NCBI GenBank assembly: GCA_020248915.1
Contig: JADCGP010000013.1
Span: 4,902-68,901, forward strand
Reading direction: 5' to 3'
DNA length: 64,000 bases
DNA from: Rubrivivax sp.
GTDB lineage: Bacteria; Pseudomonadota; Gammaproteobacteria; Burkholderiales; Burkholderiaceae_C
Shown: in pieces, positions 31,503-44,037 of the stretch
Layout: each line of letters opens with the position of its first letter
Numbering within the stretch: the stretch's first letter is position 1
Position numbers and translations under genes: made by a program
The notes under the pieces: model-generated
Database searches by the model: none
Told to the model about the DNA's origin: nothing
What the model saw: only the letters and a program-made list of their open reading frames with translations

Positions 31503-32708
31503 ATGAATCCCCGACTCAAGCGACTTTTTCCCTATCCGTTCGAGCGCTTGCGCGAGATCAACGCCGGCATCGAGCCGCCTCAGGGCCTGCGTCCGATCAG
31601 CCTGGGGATCGGCGAGCCACGACACGCGACCCCGGCGCTGGTCGAGCAGGCGATCGTGCAGGCTCTGCCGTCCCTGTCGAGCTACCCCGCCACCGCCGGC
31701 GAGCCGGCACTGAGGGAGGCCCTCGCAGCCTGGATCGGACGGCGACATGGGGTCGCCCTCGATCCGGCGACGCAGGTGCTGCCGGTCAACGGCTCGCGCG
31801 AGGCGCTGTTCGCGATCGCCCAGACGGTGATCGACCCGAGCCGCCCGGGAGCCACCGTCGTCTGCCCCAACCCGTTCTACCAGATCTACGAAGGCGCGGC
31901 GCTGTTGGCCGGCGCCGAGACGTCCTTCGTCGCCAGCGACCCGGCGCGATCCTTCGCGGCCGACTGGCAGGCCGTGCCGGACGCGGTGTGGGCCCGCACG
32001 CAGCTGCTCTACGTCTGCTCGCCCGGCAATCCGACCGGGGCCGTGATGCCGCTCGAGGAGTGGCGGCTGCTGTTCGAGCTGTCGGACCGGCACGGGTTCG
32101 TCATCGCCAGCGACGAGTGCTACTCGGAGATCTACTTCGGCAACGCGCCGCCGCTGGGCAGCCTGCAGGCCGCGCGCGCACTCGGCCGCGACGACCTGCG
32201 CAACCTGGTCGCCTTCGGCTCGCTGTCCAAGCGCAGCAACGTGCCGGGGTTGCGCTCGGGCTTCGTCGCCGGCGACGCCCGCGTGATCCGGCCGTTCCTG
32301 CAGTACCGCACCTACCACGGCAGCGCGATGGGCGGGCTGGTGCAGCGCGCCAGCATCGCCGCCTGGGGCGACGAGGCGCACGTCGAGTCCAACCGGGCGC
32401 TGTATCGCGCGAAGTTCGCCCAGGTCGTGCCGATGTTGGCGCCGCTGCTCGAAGTGCAGCAGCCCGAGGCCGGCTTCTACCTGTGGGCCGACGTGCCGGC
32501 AGCCTGGGCCGGCGACGAGATCGCCTTCGCCAGGGAACTGCTCGCTCAATACAATGTGCAGGTGCTGCCCGGCCGCCTGCTGGCCCGCGAGGTCGACGGC
32601 CTCAACCCCGGTGCCGGGCGCATCCGCATGGCCCTGGTGGCCGCCCCCGACGAGTGCCTCGAAGCCGCGACGCGCATCGTCTCCTTCCTGACCCGGACCG
32701 AACGATGA
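31503..32708 (+). CDS. dapC: Succinyldiaminopimelate transaminase
   Basis: [36 protein letters not shown] (PLP lysine); upstream of dapD. Confidence 0.93.
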   Translation: MNPRLKRLFPYPFERLREINAGIEPPQGLRPISLGIGEPRHATPALVEQAIVQALPSLSSYPATAGEPALREALAAWIGRRHGVALDPATQVLPVNGSREALFAIAQTVIDPSRPGATVVCPNPFYQIYEGAALLAGAETSFVASDPARSFAADWQAVPDAVWARTQLLYVCSPGNPTGAVMPLEEWRLLFELSDRHGFVIASDECYSEIYFGNAPPLGSLQAARALGRDDLRNLVAFGSLSKRSNVPGLRSGFVAGDARVIRPFLQYRTYHGSAMGGLVQRASIAAWGDEAHVESNRALYRAKFAQVVPMLAPLLEVQQPEAGFYLWADVPAAWAGDEIAFARELLAQYNVQVLPGRLLAREVDGLNPGAGRIRMALVAAPDECLEAATRIVSFLTRTER

Positions 32709-33538
32709 GCACGCCCGACCTGCAATCCCTGATCGAACTCGCCTGGGAGTCGCGCTCCCGTATCGACGCGACCAGCGCGCCGGACGTGCGCGACGCGGTC
32801 GAGCAGGTGATCGCCGGCCTCGATGCCGGCCGGCTGCGCGTGGCCGAGCGACGCGGCGTCGGCGACTGGCACGTCAACCAGTGGATCAAGAAGGCGGTGC
32901 TGCTGTCGTTCCGCCTCAGCGACAACCGCCCGGTGCGGGCCGGGGAGCTGGCCTTCTTCGACAAGGTCGCCACCAAGTTCGGCCCGATGGACGACGCCGC
33001 GCTGCGCTCGGCGGGCGTGCGGGTCGTGCCGCCCGCCGTGGCCCGCCGCGGCAGCTACGTCGCCCCGGGCGCGGTGCTGATGCCGAGCTACGTGAACATC
33101 GGCGCCTACGTCGACGAGGGGACGATGGTGGACACCTGGGCCACCGTGGGCAGCTGCGCGCAGATCGGCCGGAACGTGCACCTGTCGGGCGGCGTGGGCA
33201 TCGGCGGCGTGCTCGAGCCGCTGCAGGCCAACCCGACCATCATCGAGGACAACTGCTTCGTCGGCGCGCGCAGCGAAGTCGTCGAGGGCGTGATCGTCGA
33301 GGAGAACTCGGTGCTCGGGATGGGCGTCTTCATCGGGCAGAGCACCCCGATCTTCGATCGCGATACCGGCCGCACGACCTACGGCCGCGTGCCCGCGGGT
33401 AGCGTGGTCGTGGCGGGCAATCTGCCCAAGAAGTGCGCAGACGGCACGCCGTACAGCCTGTACGCTGCGGTCATCGTCAAGCGCGTCGACGCCGGGACGC
33501 GCGCCAAGACCGCCATCAACGAGCTGCTGCGCGCCTGA
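32705..33538 (+). CDS. dapD: Tetrahydrodipicolinate N-succinyltransferase
   Basis: [46 protein letters not shown]. Confidence 0.96.
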   Translation: MSTPDLQSLIELAWESRSRIDATSAPDVRDAVEQVIAGLDAGRLRVAERRGVGDWHVNQWIKKAVLLSFRLSDNRPVRAGELAFFDKVATKFGPMDDAALRSAGVRVVPPAVARRGSYVAPGAVLMPSYVNIGAYVDEGTMVDTWATVGSCAQIGRNVHLSGGVGIGGVLEPLQANPTIIEDNCFVGARSEVVEGVIVEENSVLGMGVFIGQSTPIFDRDTGRTTYGRVPAGSVVVAGNLPKKCADGTPYSLYAAVIVKRVDAGTRAKTAINELLRA

Positions 33539-33569
33539 CGGCGCCTGCCGCCCAGGGCCCGAGCCTGCC

Positions 33570-34817
33570 ATGTCCAGCAACCTCGAACGCGTGCTGCGCC
33601 TGATGGCGGAGAAGAGCGCCTCGGACGTCTACCTCGCGGCCAACACCCCGATCCTGATCAAGATCCACGGCCAGCTCCTGCAGCTGTCGGAGCAGGTCCT
33701 GGAGCAGCACCAGACGCGCGCGCTGCTGGCCGAGATGCTCAGCCCGCAGCAGCTCGAGGAGCTCGACGAGACGGGCGAGCTGAACGTCGGCATCGGCATG
33801 GCCCGCGTCGGCAGCTTCCGCCTGTCGGCCTTCAAGCAGCGCGGGTCGGTGGCGGCCGTCGTGCGCTGCATCCCTCACCAGATCCCGACGCTGGAGTCGC
33901 TCGGACTGCCGCAGATCCTGGGCGATCTCGTCACCGAGCGCCGCGGGCTGATCCTGATGGTCGGTGCCACCGGCACCGGCAAGAGCACGACGCTGGCGTC
34001 GATGATCGAGTGGCGCAACCAGCAGCTGGCGGGCCACATCCTGACCATCGAGGACCCGATCGAGTTCCTGTTCTCCAACAAGAAGAGCATCGTCAACCAG
34101 CGCGAGGTCGGCCGCGACACGCAGAGCCTGCAGATCGCGCTGAAGAACGCGCTGCGCCAGGCGCCCGACTGCATCCTGATCGGCGAGATCCGCGATCGCG
34201 AGACGATGTCCTCGGCGCTGTCCTACGCCTTGTCGGGCCACCTGGTGCTGGCCACTCTGCACGCCAACAACAGCTATCACGCGCTCGGGCGGATCCTGTC
34301 GTTCTACCCGCCGGAGGCGCGCTCCACGCTGCTGTCCGACCTCGCCTCGGGTCTGCGCTCGGTGATCAGCCAGCGGCTTCTGCGCAGCAACTCGGGCGGC
34401 CGCGTGCCAGCGATCGAGATCCTGCTCAACACCAAGCTCGTCGCCGAGTTGGTCGAGAAGGGCGACCTGTCGGCGTTGCGAGAGGCCGTGGAGAAGTCGC
34501 TGGCCCAGGGCTCGCAGACCTTCGAGGCGGACATCGCCCGGCTGATCACCGAGGGTGTGGTGTCGCGCGACGAAGGCCTCAGCCACGCGGATTCACCCAC
34601 CAACCTGCTGTGGCGGCTGCAGAACGAGCAGAACCCGATCTCGCGCCAGGCTCCGAAGAAGGAGGAGCCCGAGCAGGCCTCGTTCACCGAGATCACGATC
34701 GACGTCGCCGGCGAGGACTCCCGCTTCGGCACGCTGTCGGGCGGGTTGGGTGCGCCGGTCGCGCCGGCCGGCGCGGGCGCTGCCGGGCGGCCGCCGCCGG
34801 TCACCAGGCAGACGTGA
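33570..34817 (+). CDS. PilT/PilU family type IV pilus retraction ATPase
   Basis: [38 protein letters not shown]. Confidence 0.9.
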   Translation: MSSNLERVLRLMAEKSASDVYLAANTPILIKIHGQLLQLSEQVLEQHQTRALLAEMLSPQQLEELDETGELNVGIGMARVGSFRLSAFKQRGSVAAVVRCIPHQIPTLESLGLPQILGDLVTERRGLILMVGATGTGKSTTLASMIEWRNQQLAGHILTIEDPIEFLFSNKKSIVNQREVGRDTQSLQIALKNALRQAPDCILIGEIRDRETMSSALSYALSGHLVLATLHANNSYHALGRILSFYPPEARSTLLSDLASGLRSVISQRLLRSNSGGRVPAIEILLNTKLVAELVEKGDLSALREAVEKSLAQGSQTFEADIARLITEGVVSRDEGLSHADSPTNLLWRLQNEQNPISRQAPKKEEPEQASFTEITIDVAGEDSRFGTLSGGLGAPVAPAGAGAAGRPPPVTRQT

Positions 34818-35959
34818 GCGACGCGCTGCGGTTGGCCGAGGCGCTGATCGCCTGTCCGTCCGTCACGCCGTCCGACGCAGGCACGCACGCGCTGCTGGCG
34901 GCGCGCCTCGCCGCCGCCGGCTTCCGCGTCGAGCACCTCGACGCGGGGCCCGCCGAGGCGCGCGTGTCCAACCTCTGGGCGCTACGCGACGGAGCGCGCC
35001 CCGGGCCGACCGTCGTGCTTCTCGGCCATACCGACGTCGTGCCGCCGGGCCCGCTCGAGGCCTGGGCCAGCCACCCGTTCGTGCCGACGCACCGCGACGG
35101 CCGGCTGCACGGCCGGGGCGCCGCCGACATGAAGGGCGCGGTCGCCGCGATGACGGTGGCGGCCGAGCGCTTCGCGGCCGCGCACCAGGGCCATGCCGGC
35201 CGCGTGGCCCTGCTGTTCACCAGCGACGAGGAAGGCCCGGCACGGCACGGCGTCCGCCACGTCGTCGAGGTGCTGCGCCAGCGCGGCGAGCGCATCGACG
35301 CCTGTGTCGTCGGCGAACCGACCTCGGTCGAGCGGCTGGGCGACATGGTCAAGAACGGGCGCCGCGGCAGCCTGTCGGCCCGACTGCGCGTGCAGGGCGT
35401 GCAGGGTCACGTCGCCTACCCGCAGCTCGCGCGCAACCCCGTGCACCTCGCGGCGCCGGCGCTGGCGGAGCTCGCTACCGTGCGCTGGGACGACGGCGAC
35501 GCCCACTTCCCGCCGACGACCTTCCAGGTCAGCAACGTGCACGCCGGCACCGGCGCGCTCAACGTGATCCCGGGCGAACTGGTGGTGGACTTCAACTTCC
35601 GCTTCGGCAGCGCGTCGACGCCGGCCGCGCTGCGCAGCCGCGTCGAGGAGCTGCTGCTGCGCCACGGGCTGCACTTCACACTGGAGTGGACGCTGGGCGG
35701 CGAACCCTTCCTGACGCCGCCCGGCCCGCTGGGCGACGCCCTGGCCGCGGCGATCGAGGCCGAGTGCGGGCTGCGGCCCGAGCTCAGCACGACCGGCGGC
35801 ACCAGCGACGGCCGCTTCATGGCGGCGATCTGCCGCGAGGTGATGGAGTTCGGCGCCGTCAACGCCAGCATCCACCAGGTCGACGAGTGGATCGATGCGG
35901 CGGCGCTGGAGCCGCTGGCCCGCGTCTACCAGCGCGTGCTCGGGTCGCTGCTGGCATGA
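34814..35959 (+). CDS. dapE: Succinyl-diaminopimelate desuccinylase
   Basis: GTG start overlapping the pilU stop; [38 protein letters not shown]. Confidence 0.95.
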   Translation: MSDALRLAEALIACPSVTPSDAGTHALLAARLAAAGFRVEHLDAGPAEARVSNLWALRDGARPGPTVVLLGHTDVVPPGPLEAWASHPFVPTHRDGRLHGRGAADMKGAVAAMTVAAERFAAAHQGHAGRVALLFTSDEEGPARHGVRHVVEVLRQRGERIDACVVGEPTSVERLGDMVKNGRRGSLSARLRVQGVQGHVAYPQLARNPVHLAAPALAELATVRWDDGDAHFPPTTFQVSNVHAGTGALNVIPGELVVDFNFRFGSASTPAALRSRVEELLLRHGLHFTLEWTLGGEPFLTPPGPLGDALAAAIEAECGLRPELSTTGGTSDGRFMAAICREVMEFGAVNASIHQVDEWIDAAALEPLARVYQRVLGSLLA

Positions 35960-36830
35960 CGCTCGCCGAGCTGGTCGAGCGCAGCGCGGCGCGGCTCGAG
36001 CAGGCCGGCGTCGCCTACGGGCACGGCACCACCTGCGCCTACGACGAGGCCGCCTGGCTGGTGCAGTGGCAGCTGGGCCTGCCGCTGGACGAACTGGCGA
36101 CCGGCGGCGACGCCCGGGTCGACGCCGCCGGCTGCGCGGCGGCCGAGGCACTGGTCGAGCGCCGCATCGCCACCCGGCTGCCGGCCGCCTACCTGACCGG
36201 CGAGGCCTGGCTGCACGGGGTGCCGTTCTTCATCGATGCCCGCGCCATCGTGCCGCGCTCGCTGATCGCCGAGCCGCTGGTCGACGGCCGCCTGGACGCG
36301 TGGCTTGGCGAACCGCCGACGCGCGTGCTCGACCTGTGCACCGGCAACGGCAGCCTGGCCGTGCTGGCAGCGCTCGCCTGGCCGGATGCGCAGGTGGTCG
36401 GCACCGACCTCAGCGCCGAGGCGCTGGAAGTGGCCGCGCGCAACGTCGCGCGCCACGGCCTCGGGCAGCGCATCGATCTGCGCCGCGGCAGCGGGCTGGC
36501 CGCCGTGGCCGGCGAGCACTTCGATCTCGTGCTGTGCAACCCGCCCTACGTCCCCGCCGCGTCGATGGCGGCGCTTCCGCCGGAGTTCCGGGCCGAGCCG
36601 GCGCTGGCACTCGCTGGCGGCAGCGACGGGATGGACTTCGTGCGCGGCCTGCTCGCCGGCATCGCCAATCACCTTGCCCCGGACGGCCTGCTCGTGCTCG
36701 AGATCGGGCACGAGCGCGCGCACTTCGAGGCGGCGTTCCCAGGGCTCGAGCCCGTGTGGCTGCCGTGCAGCGCCGGCGACGACGCAGTGCTGCTGCTGGA
36801 CCACGCGTCACTCGCGTCGGGGCGACCGGC

Positions 36831-36834
<4 letters not shown>
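35956..36834 (+). CDS. prmB: 50S ribosomal protein L3 glutamine methyltransferase
   Basis: [34 protein letters not shown]. Confidence 0.92.
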
Positions 36835-38849
<2,015 letters not shown>

Positions 38850-38927
38850 CCGCGGGGCCCGGCCGCGGTCTACGGCGGCGGAACAGGCCGAGCCGGCGGA
38901 AGGGGCATCGCGCGGCCGTGGGCCCGA

Positions 38928-38963
38928 AATTTTGTTGTGCACAATCAAATTGCCCGCTATGCT
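38928..38963 (+). promoter_or_regulatory. OhrR-type operator overlapping the ohrR-ohr promoter
   Basis: AATTTTG-TTGTGCACAA-TCAAATT imperfect palindrome with a perfect 10-bp core (38935-38944); TTGTGC-17 nt-TATGCT. Confidence 0.75.
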
Positions 38964-38970
38964 TATGGCC

Positions 38971-39438
38971 ATGCCGCGCGCGCCCGCCGACCCCGACGCT
39001 TGGCTGCGGCTCGACCACCAGCTGTGCTTCGCGCTCTACTCGGCATCGCTCGCGATGACCCGGGTCTACAAGCCGCTGCTCGACCCGCTCGGGCTGACCT
39101 ACCCTCAGTACCTCGTGATGCTCGTGCTGTGGGAGACCGACGGCTGCTCCTTGTCGCAGGTCGGGGCCCGCCTGGGCCTCGACTCGGGCACGCTGACGCC
39201 GCTGCTCAAGCGGCTCGAGGCGTCCGGGCGCGTACAGCGCCTGCGCGACGCCGACGACGAGCGCCGCGTCCTGCTGCGGCTCACCCCGTCGGGCGGCGCG
39301 CTCGAGTCGCGCGCCGCTTCCGTGCCGCCTGCGATCGCCGGCGCCAGCGGTTGCCGCCTCGACGAGATCGGCGCGCTGACGGCGCGCCTCCAATCCCTGC
39401 GCGACGAACTGCTTCGCGCACCACCCGCGGCAGCCTGA
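38971..39438 (+). CDS. ohrR: MarR-family organic hydroperoxide regulator
   Basis: [10 protein letters not shown] (sensing Cys), [21 protein letters not shown], second Cys near the C-terminus; upstream of ohr. Confidence 0.92.
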   Translation: MPRAPADPDAWLRLDHQLCFALYSASLAMTRVYKPLLDPLGLTYPQYLVMLVLWETDGCSLSQVGARLGLDSGTLTPLLKRLEASGRVQRLRDADDERRVLLRLTPSGGALESRAASVPPAIAGASGCRLDEIGALTARLQSLRDELLRAPPAAA

Positions 39439-39481
39439 CCGGGCCGCCGTATTCCGCACGCCCGACCCCAGGAGCCGCACC

Positions 39482-39916
39482 ATGGCCATCGACAAAGCCC
39501 TCTACACGGCAGCCGCCACCAGCACCGGCGGCCGCACCGGCAGCACCGCCTCGAGCGACGGCCGTATCCAGCTGCGGCTGTCCACCCCCAAGGAGCTGGG
39601 CGGCGACGGCGGTCCCGGCACGAATCCCGAGCAGTTGTTCGCCAGCGGCTACTCGGCCTGCTTCATCGGGGCGCTGAAGGCCGTCGCGGCGCGGCAGAAG
39701 ATCACGCTCCCGGCCGAGGTGTCCATCACCGCCGACGTCGGGATCGGCCCGATGACCGGCAAGCCCGGCGCGTTCGGCATCTCGGTGAAGATGGCGGTCT
39801 CGATCCCCGGCCTCGACCGCAGCGCGGCGGAAGCACTGGTGGCAACGGCCCACGAGGTGTGCCCCTACAGCAATGCCACCCGCGGCAATGTCGACGTGGC
39901 GCTGACGGTGGTCTGA
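39482..39916 (+). CDS. ohr: Organic hydroperoxide resistance protein
   Basis: [28 protein letters not shown]; AGGAG RBS. Confidence 0.96.
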   Translation: MAIDKALYTAAATSTGGRTGSTASSDGRIQLRLSTPKELGGDGGPGTNPEQLFASGYSACFIGALKAVAARQKITLPAEVSITADVGIGPMTGKPGAFGISVKMAVSIPGLDRSAAEALVATAHEVCPYSNATRGNVDVALTVV

Positions 39917-39987
39917 CGGGTCTCCGCGGCCGCTCTCGCCCCCCAGGGAGAACCCGGCCCCGCAGTCAGGGGTGGCTGCCTGCCGTG

Positions 39988-40031
39988 GGTCACGGAACGG
40001 TCACGGAACGTTCATGCAGGGTGGCCAGACT
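39988..40031 (+). promoter_or_regulatory. Pho-box-like triple direct repeat plus -10 element
   Basis: GGTCAC (39988), GGTCAC (39999), GTTCAT (40010) at an exact 11-bp period, then 10 nt to CAGACT (40026-40031). Confidence 0.6.
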
Positions 40032-40071
40032 GGGCTGTCTCTCCAGTCTGCCGCTTCCGCGGCACCTCGTC

Positions 40072-41781
40072 ATGCACCCAAGCCGTCGCCCGTTTCCCGC
40101 CCCGATCCCCACGGCGCCGGCCGGCCATGCACCTCGGCACGCCGGGCAGCGAACCGCGGCCGTCGCGGCCGCCGTCGTCGCCCTGGGCGTCACGCTGCTG
40201 GCACCGACGACCGCGGCGGCCGGCCCGACCCTGGGTGTCAGCAAGGTCTGGTCGTATGCGAACTCCAGCGGCTTCGCGTCGGAGATCGGCGCCTGGGACA
40301 GCCGCACTGGCAGCCTGTTCGTCGTCGGCGGCAAGGGGATCGAGCTGCTGGACGTCGCGGGCAACCGCGTCGCGCGGCTGGACACGGCCGCCGCGGGCTT
40401 CGGAGAGATCAACAGCATCTCCATCTTCAACGGCATCGCTGCCGTCAGCTTCACCGCCTCCGGTGCCAGTCCGTCGGCGTACGCCAGCGACGGCAGCGTG
40501 CGCTTCTTCGACACCAGCCTCTTCCGATCCAGTGGCGGCAGTGGCGGCTATCTGGGCGCAGTCACGGTCGGCGCGGTACCCGACATGGTCACCTGGACGG
40601 CCGAAGGCACCCGGCTCCTCGTGGCGAACGAGGGTGAGCGGCGCGTGATCGGCGGCACCACCTTCAACCCGCCGGGCAGCGTTAGCCTCATCACGTTCAA
40701 TGCCTCGAGCCCTGCGCTGTCGACGGTCACGCGGATCGGGCTGGAGTCGTTCGACGGGCAGGAGTCGGCGCTCCGCGCCGCTGGGGTGCGGATCGGCGCG
40801 GGCCAGTCCGCATCGGCAGCCCTGGAGCCAGAGTACGTGGCGCTCTCGACCGATGGCACGCGGGCGGTCGTCACGCTGCAGGAGGCCAACGCCCTCGCCT
40901 TCATCGATCTGGCCTCGCCCCGGGTCACGGACATCCGCGGACTCGGGCTGAAGGACTTCGCGCTCGCCGCCAACCGCATCGACCCGAGCGACCGCGACAG
41001 CACAGTCGCGCTGCGAGGCGTTCCGGTCAAGGGGCTCTACCAGCCCGATGCGATCGCGTCGTACTCGTTCGCGGGCAAGAGCTTCTACGTGCTGGCCAAC
41101 GAGGGCGACGCGGCGACCGACGACAGCGACATCGTGCGCTTCGGCAGCTCGGCCGTGACGCTCGACCCTGCCGTGTTCGACGGCGTCAGCCGGCCGACAC
41201 AGGCCCAACTCAAGCCCGATGCGGCGCTCGGCCGCCTCAACATCGTGCGCAACGGCGCCACGGGGGACGGCAGCACCACCGCGATGAAGGAGATCGTGAC
41301 CCTCGGTGCACGCTCCTTCTCGATCCGGGCCGACGACGGCAGCCTGGTCTACGACAGCGGCAGCCTGCTGGAGGAGGCGGTCATCGCCGCCGGCCTCTAT
41401 GACGACGGCCGCAGCGACGACAAGGGCGTCGAACCGGAGGGCGTCACGCTGTTCGGTCTCGGCGGGCGAACCATCGCCGCCATCGGCCTCGAGCGCACGA
41501 CGCAGGGAGCGGTCGCGCTGTTCGATGTCACCGACCCGTTCTCCGTGCAGTTCATGCAGATCATCGCCACCGGCAGCACGTCGCAGTACCGCGTCGAGGG
41601 GATCACCGCGTTCGAGTGGAACGGCGCAAGCTACCTGGCACTGCACAACGAGGACCCGTCCAACAACACCGTGCTGTTCCGCCTGCTTCCGGAGCCTGGC
41701 TCGGCAGTCCTGGTGGCCGCTGCACTGCTGGCGCTGGGGCTGGCCCGCCGCCGCGCGGGCGGTCGGGCGCTGCGGCCCTGA
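40072..41781 (+). CDS. Choice-of-anchor I domain protein with PEP-CTERM sorting signal
   Basis: Signal peptide ending AAA; PDMVTW..G..LLVANEGE, LEPEY, TLQEANA, YQPDAIA, ANEGD, GARSFSI, DGRSDDKGVEPEG, GLER; C-terminal LPEPGS + TM + RRR. Start codon uncertain. Confidence 0.8.
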   Translation: MHPSRRPFPAPIPTAPAGHAPRHAGQRTAAVAAAVVALGVTLLAPTTAAAGPTLGVSKVWSYANSSGFASEIGAWDSRTGSLFVVGGKGIELLDVAGNRVARLDTAAAGFGEINSISIFNGIAAVSFTASGASPSAYASDGSVRFFDTSLFRSSGGSGGYLGAVTVGAVPDMVTWTAEGTRLLVANEGERRVIGGTTFNPPGSVSLITFNASSPALSTVTRIGLESFDGQESALRAAGVRIGAGQSASAALEPEYVALSTDGTRAVVTLQEANALAFIDLASPRVTDIRGLGLKDFALAANRIDPSDRDSTVALRGVPVKGLYQPDAIASYSFAGKSFYVLANEGDAATDDSDIVRFGSSAVTLDPAVFDGVSRPTQAQLKPDAALGRLNIVRNGATGDGSTTAMKEIVTLGARSFSIRADDGSLVYDSGSLLEEAVIAAGLYDDGRSDDKGVEPEGVTLFGLGGRTIAAIGLERTTQGAVALFDVTDPFSVQFMQIIATGSTSQYRVEGITAFEWNGASYLALHNEDPSNNTVLFRLLPEPGSAVLVAAALLALGLARRRAGGRALRP

Positions 41782-42741
41782 TCACGCGGCGGCCAGCAGG
41801 TCGAGCAGCAGCTCGACGCGCGCCTGCGCGGCCGTGAGCACGCCGTAGCTGGGCAGCGCATCGGCCCGCTCGCCGACCACGCCGCCGAGCTGGCAGCGCG
41901 AGGCGCGAACCACCCGCACTCCAGCCGCCAGCGCGCGCCGCGCAGCGGCGTCGAGCGCGGCATGCACGCTACCGTTGCCGGTGCCCGCCACGACGATGCC
42001 CTGCGCGCCGGCGGCCAGCAGGGCGTCGATCACGCGCCCGTCGGCGCCGGCGTGGCTGGTGACGATGTCCACCCGCGGCCAGGGCAGCGCCGCGGCAGCG
42101 CCTGCCGCATGCGCCGCGGACAGTCGCGTCGCGGCCGCGTGCAACGGCGCCTGCGGCCAGCCACGCAGCAGCCGCAGCGCGCCCTGCTCGCTCACCGCGA
42201 TCGGGCCGGCGTCGCCGGTGCTGAACGCGTCGAGCGCGAAGCCGTGGACCTTGCGCACCTCGTGCCCGGCAAGCACGCGGCCGCCGAAGGCCACCACCAC
42301 CCCGCCCGCCCCCGGCGTGCGCGCCACGGCCACCGCGTCGGCCAGGTTGCGGGGCCCGTCGGGCGACAGCGCCGTGGCCGGGCGCATCGCCGCGGTCAGC
42401 ACCACCGGCCGAGGGGCGGCCAGCGTCCGGTGCAGGAAGTAGGCGGTCTCCTCCAGCGTGTCCGTGCCGTGGGTCACCACCACGCCGGCGAGCTCGGCGC
42501 GCTGCATCAGTGCGACTAGGCGCGCGTGCAGGGCGAGCCAGGTCGCGTGATCCATGTCGCTGCTGTCCAGGCGCGCGAGCGTCTCGGTCTCCAGCGGCTG
42601 GCCAGCCAGCGTGGGCACCGCCGCCACCAGGTCTGCGGCGTCCAGCGTGCCGGCCCGATAGTCGACCAGGTCGTCGGCGCGCCCGGCCACGCCGGCGATC
42701 GTGCCCCCGGTGCCGACGATGACGACGCGGCTCGCTTGCAT
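41782..42741 (-). CDS. L-asparaginase/glutaminase family protein
   Basis: [31 protein letters not shown]. Confidence 0.9.
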   Translation of the reverse strand: MQASRVVIVGTGGTIAGVAGRADDLVDYRAGTLDAADLVAAVPTLAGQPLETETLARLDSSDMDHATWLALHARLVALMQRAELAGVVVTHGTDTLEETAYFLHRTLAAPRPVVLTAAMRPATALSPDGPRNLADAVAVARTPGAGGVVVAFGGRVLAGHEVRKVHGFALDAFSTGDAGPIAVSEQGALRLLRGWPQAPLHAAATRLSAAHAAGAAAALPWPRVDIVTSHAGADGRVIDALLAAGAQGIVVAGTGNGSVHAALDAAARRALAAGVRVVRASRCQLGGVVGERADALPSYGVLTAAQARVELLLDLLAAA

Positions 42742-42751
42742 TCGGCGGATT

Positions 42752-42786
42752 CTGGATGAAAATACAGCCACTGGATGGAAAGACAG
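42752..42786. promoter_or_regulatory. Two tandem LexA (SOS) boxes
   Basis: CTGGATGAAAATACAG (42752-42767) and CTGGATGGAAAGACAG (42771-42786), both CTG-N10-CAG, upstream of lexA. Confidence 0.88.
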
Positions 42787-42818
42787 CCCCGGACGGCAAC
42801 GTGCCCGGGGCGGCGACG

Positions 42819-43511
42819 ATGATCGACGACAGCCCCAAGCTCACGGCCCGCCAGCAGCAGATTCTGGACCTGGTCCAGAGCGCGATCGAACGCACCGGTG
42901 CGCCGCCCACGCGCGCCGAGATCGCGGCCGAGCTGGGCTTCCGCTCGCCCAACGCAGCCGAGGAGCACCTGCAGGCGCTGGCGCGCAAGGGCGTGATCGA
43001 ACTGGTGGGCGGCACGTCGCGCGGCATCCGGCTCAAGTCCGACACCCTGCGCGCCCTGAACGAGGCGCGTCTCAACCCCTACGGCCGGCAGTACGTGCTG
43101 CCGCTGCCGAGCCTGGCGCAGCTCACCCTGCCGCTGGTGGGCCGCGTCGCCGCCGGCAGCCCGATCCTGGCGCAGGAGCACATCGACCAGACCTTCCTGG
43201 TCGAGGCGTCGATGTTCCCGCGCCGGCCCGACTACCTGCTCAAGGTGCGCGGCATGAGCATGCGCGACGCCGGCATCCTCGACGGCGACCTGCTGGCCGT
43301 GCAGAAGGCCGGCGAGGCCAAGAACGGGCAGATCGTCGTCGCGCGGCTCGGCGACGAGGTCACGGTCAAGCGCTTCCGCCGCACCCGTGCGGGCGTGGAG
43401 CTGATCCCGGAAAACCCCGAGTTCGAGACCATCCACGTGCCGTCCGACGCCAACGACTTCTCGCTCGAAGGCCTGGCGGTCGGGCTGATCCGCAACACGA
43501 TGCTCACCTGA
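42819..43511 (+). CDS. lexA: SOS repressor LexA
   Basis: [26 protein letters not shown] (Ala-Gly cleavage site), GMSM (Ser), VTVKRF (Lys). Confidence 0.97.
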   Translation: MIDDSPKLTARQQQILDLVQSAIERTGAPPTRAEIAAELGFRSPNAAEEHLQALARKGVIELVGGTSRGIRLKSDTLRALNEARLNPYGRQYVLPLPSLAQLTLPLVGRVAAGSPILAQEHIDQTFLVEASMFPRRPDYLLKVRGMSMRDAGILDGDLLAVQKAGEAKNGQIVVARLGDEVTVKRFRRTRAGVELIPENPEFETIHVPSDANDFSLEGLAVGLIRNTMLT

Positions 43512-43846
43512 TGGCGCGTACGGCAACCCGCGGCGGCGCGGTGCCGACGCCGCGCAGGGGGCCCAAGGCGGCACGCGCGGCCGACTGCGAGCGCCTGGAA
43601 CAGTTGCCCAACGTCGGCCCGGCCCTCGCGGCCGACCTCCGCCTGCTCGGCATCGGGCACCCTCGCGAGCTGGCCGGGCACGACGCCCTGGCGCTGTACC
43701 GCGCGCTGTGCAGCGCAACCGGCCGCCGCCAGGATCCTTGCGTGCTCGACAGCCTGCTCGCGGTGGTCGACTTCATGCGCGGCGGCCAGCCGCGCCCGTG
43801 GTGGGCCTTCTCCGCGGCCCTCAAGGCCCGCGTCGGGCGCCTCTAG
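43511..43846 (+). CDS. Helix-hairpin-helix protein, Cdd1 / mitomycin-resistance (McrB)-like
   Basis: LEQLPNVGPALAADLRLLGI, QDPCVLD, PWW; the ATG overlaps the lexA TGA. Family assigned from motif recall. Confidence 0.75.
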   Translation: MARTATRGGAVPTPRRGPKAARAADCERLEQLPNVGPALAADLRLLGIGHPRELAGHDALALYRALCSATGRRQDPCVLDSLLAVVDFMRGGQPRPWWAFSAALKARVGRL

Positions 43847-44037
43847 CCTGACCGCCTTCGCCCCGCGCCGGCGCTGCTGCGGCCCCCGCCACCCGGCCGT
43901 CCCGCAGGGCCGGGAAGTGGCGCCGGCAGGCAGCGCTTATCCGCCGATCGGCTCCTGCGGGCAGGCCGCACGATCCCGACCCGATCAAGCAACACGGAAG
44001 CCTCAGGTTCTGGCTCCCGTGTCCGATATCACGTTGG

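Noticed and set aside
38932-38970. N-terminal extension of OhrR (ORF-track start 38932) and similar extensions of rpsA, lapB, smc, phaC, lexA and purL-adjacent genes
   Set aside because: The extensions run through promoter or operator DNA and lack family similarity; downstream starts fit the RBS or -10 positions.
43960-44037. Resemblance to a c-di-GMP-I riboswitch (GGAAGCCTCAGG versus GCAAAGCCTCCGG)
   Set aside because: The P1 GNRA tetraloop, receptor and conserved junction bases are missing; kept only as an unexplained hairpin.
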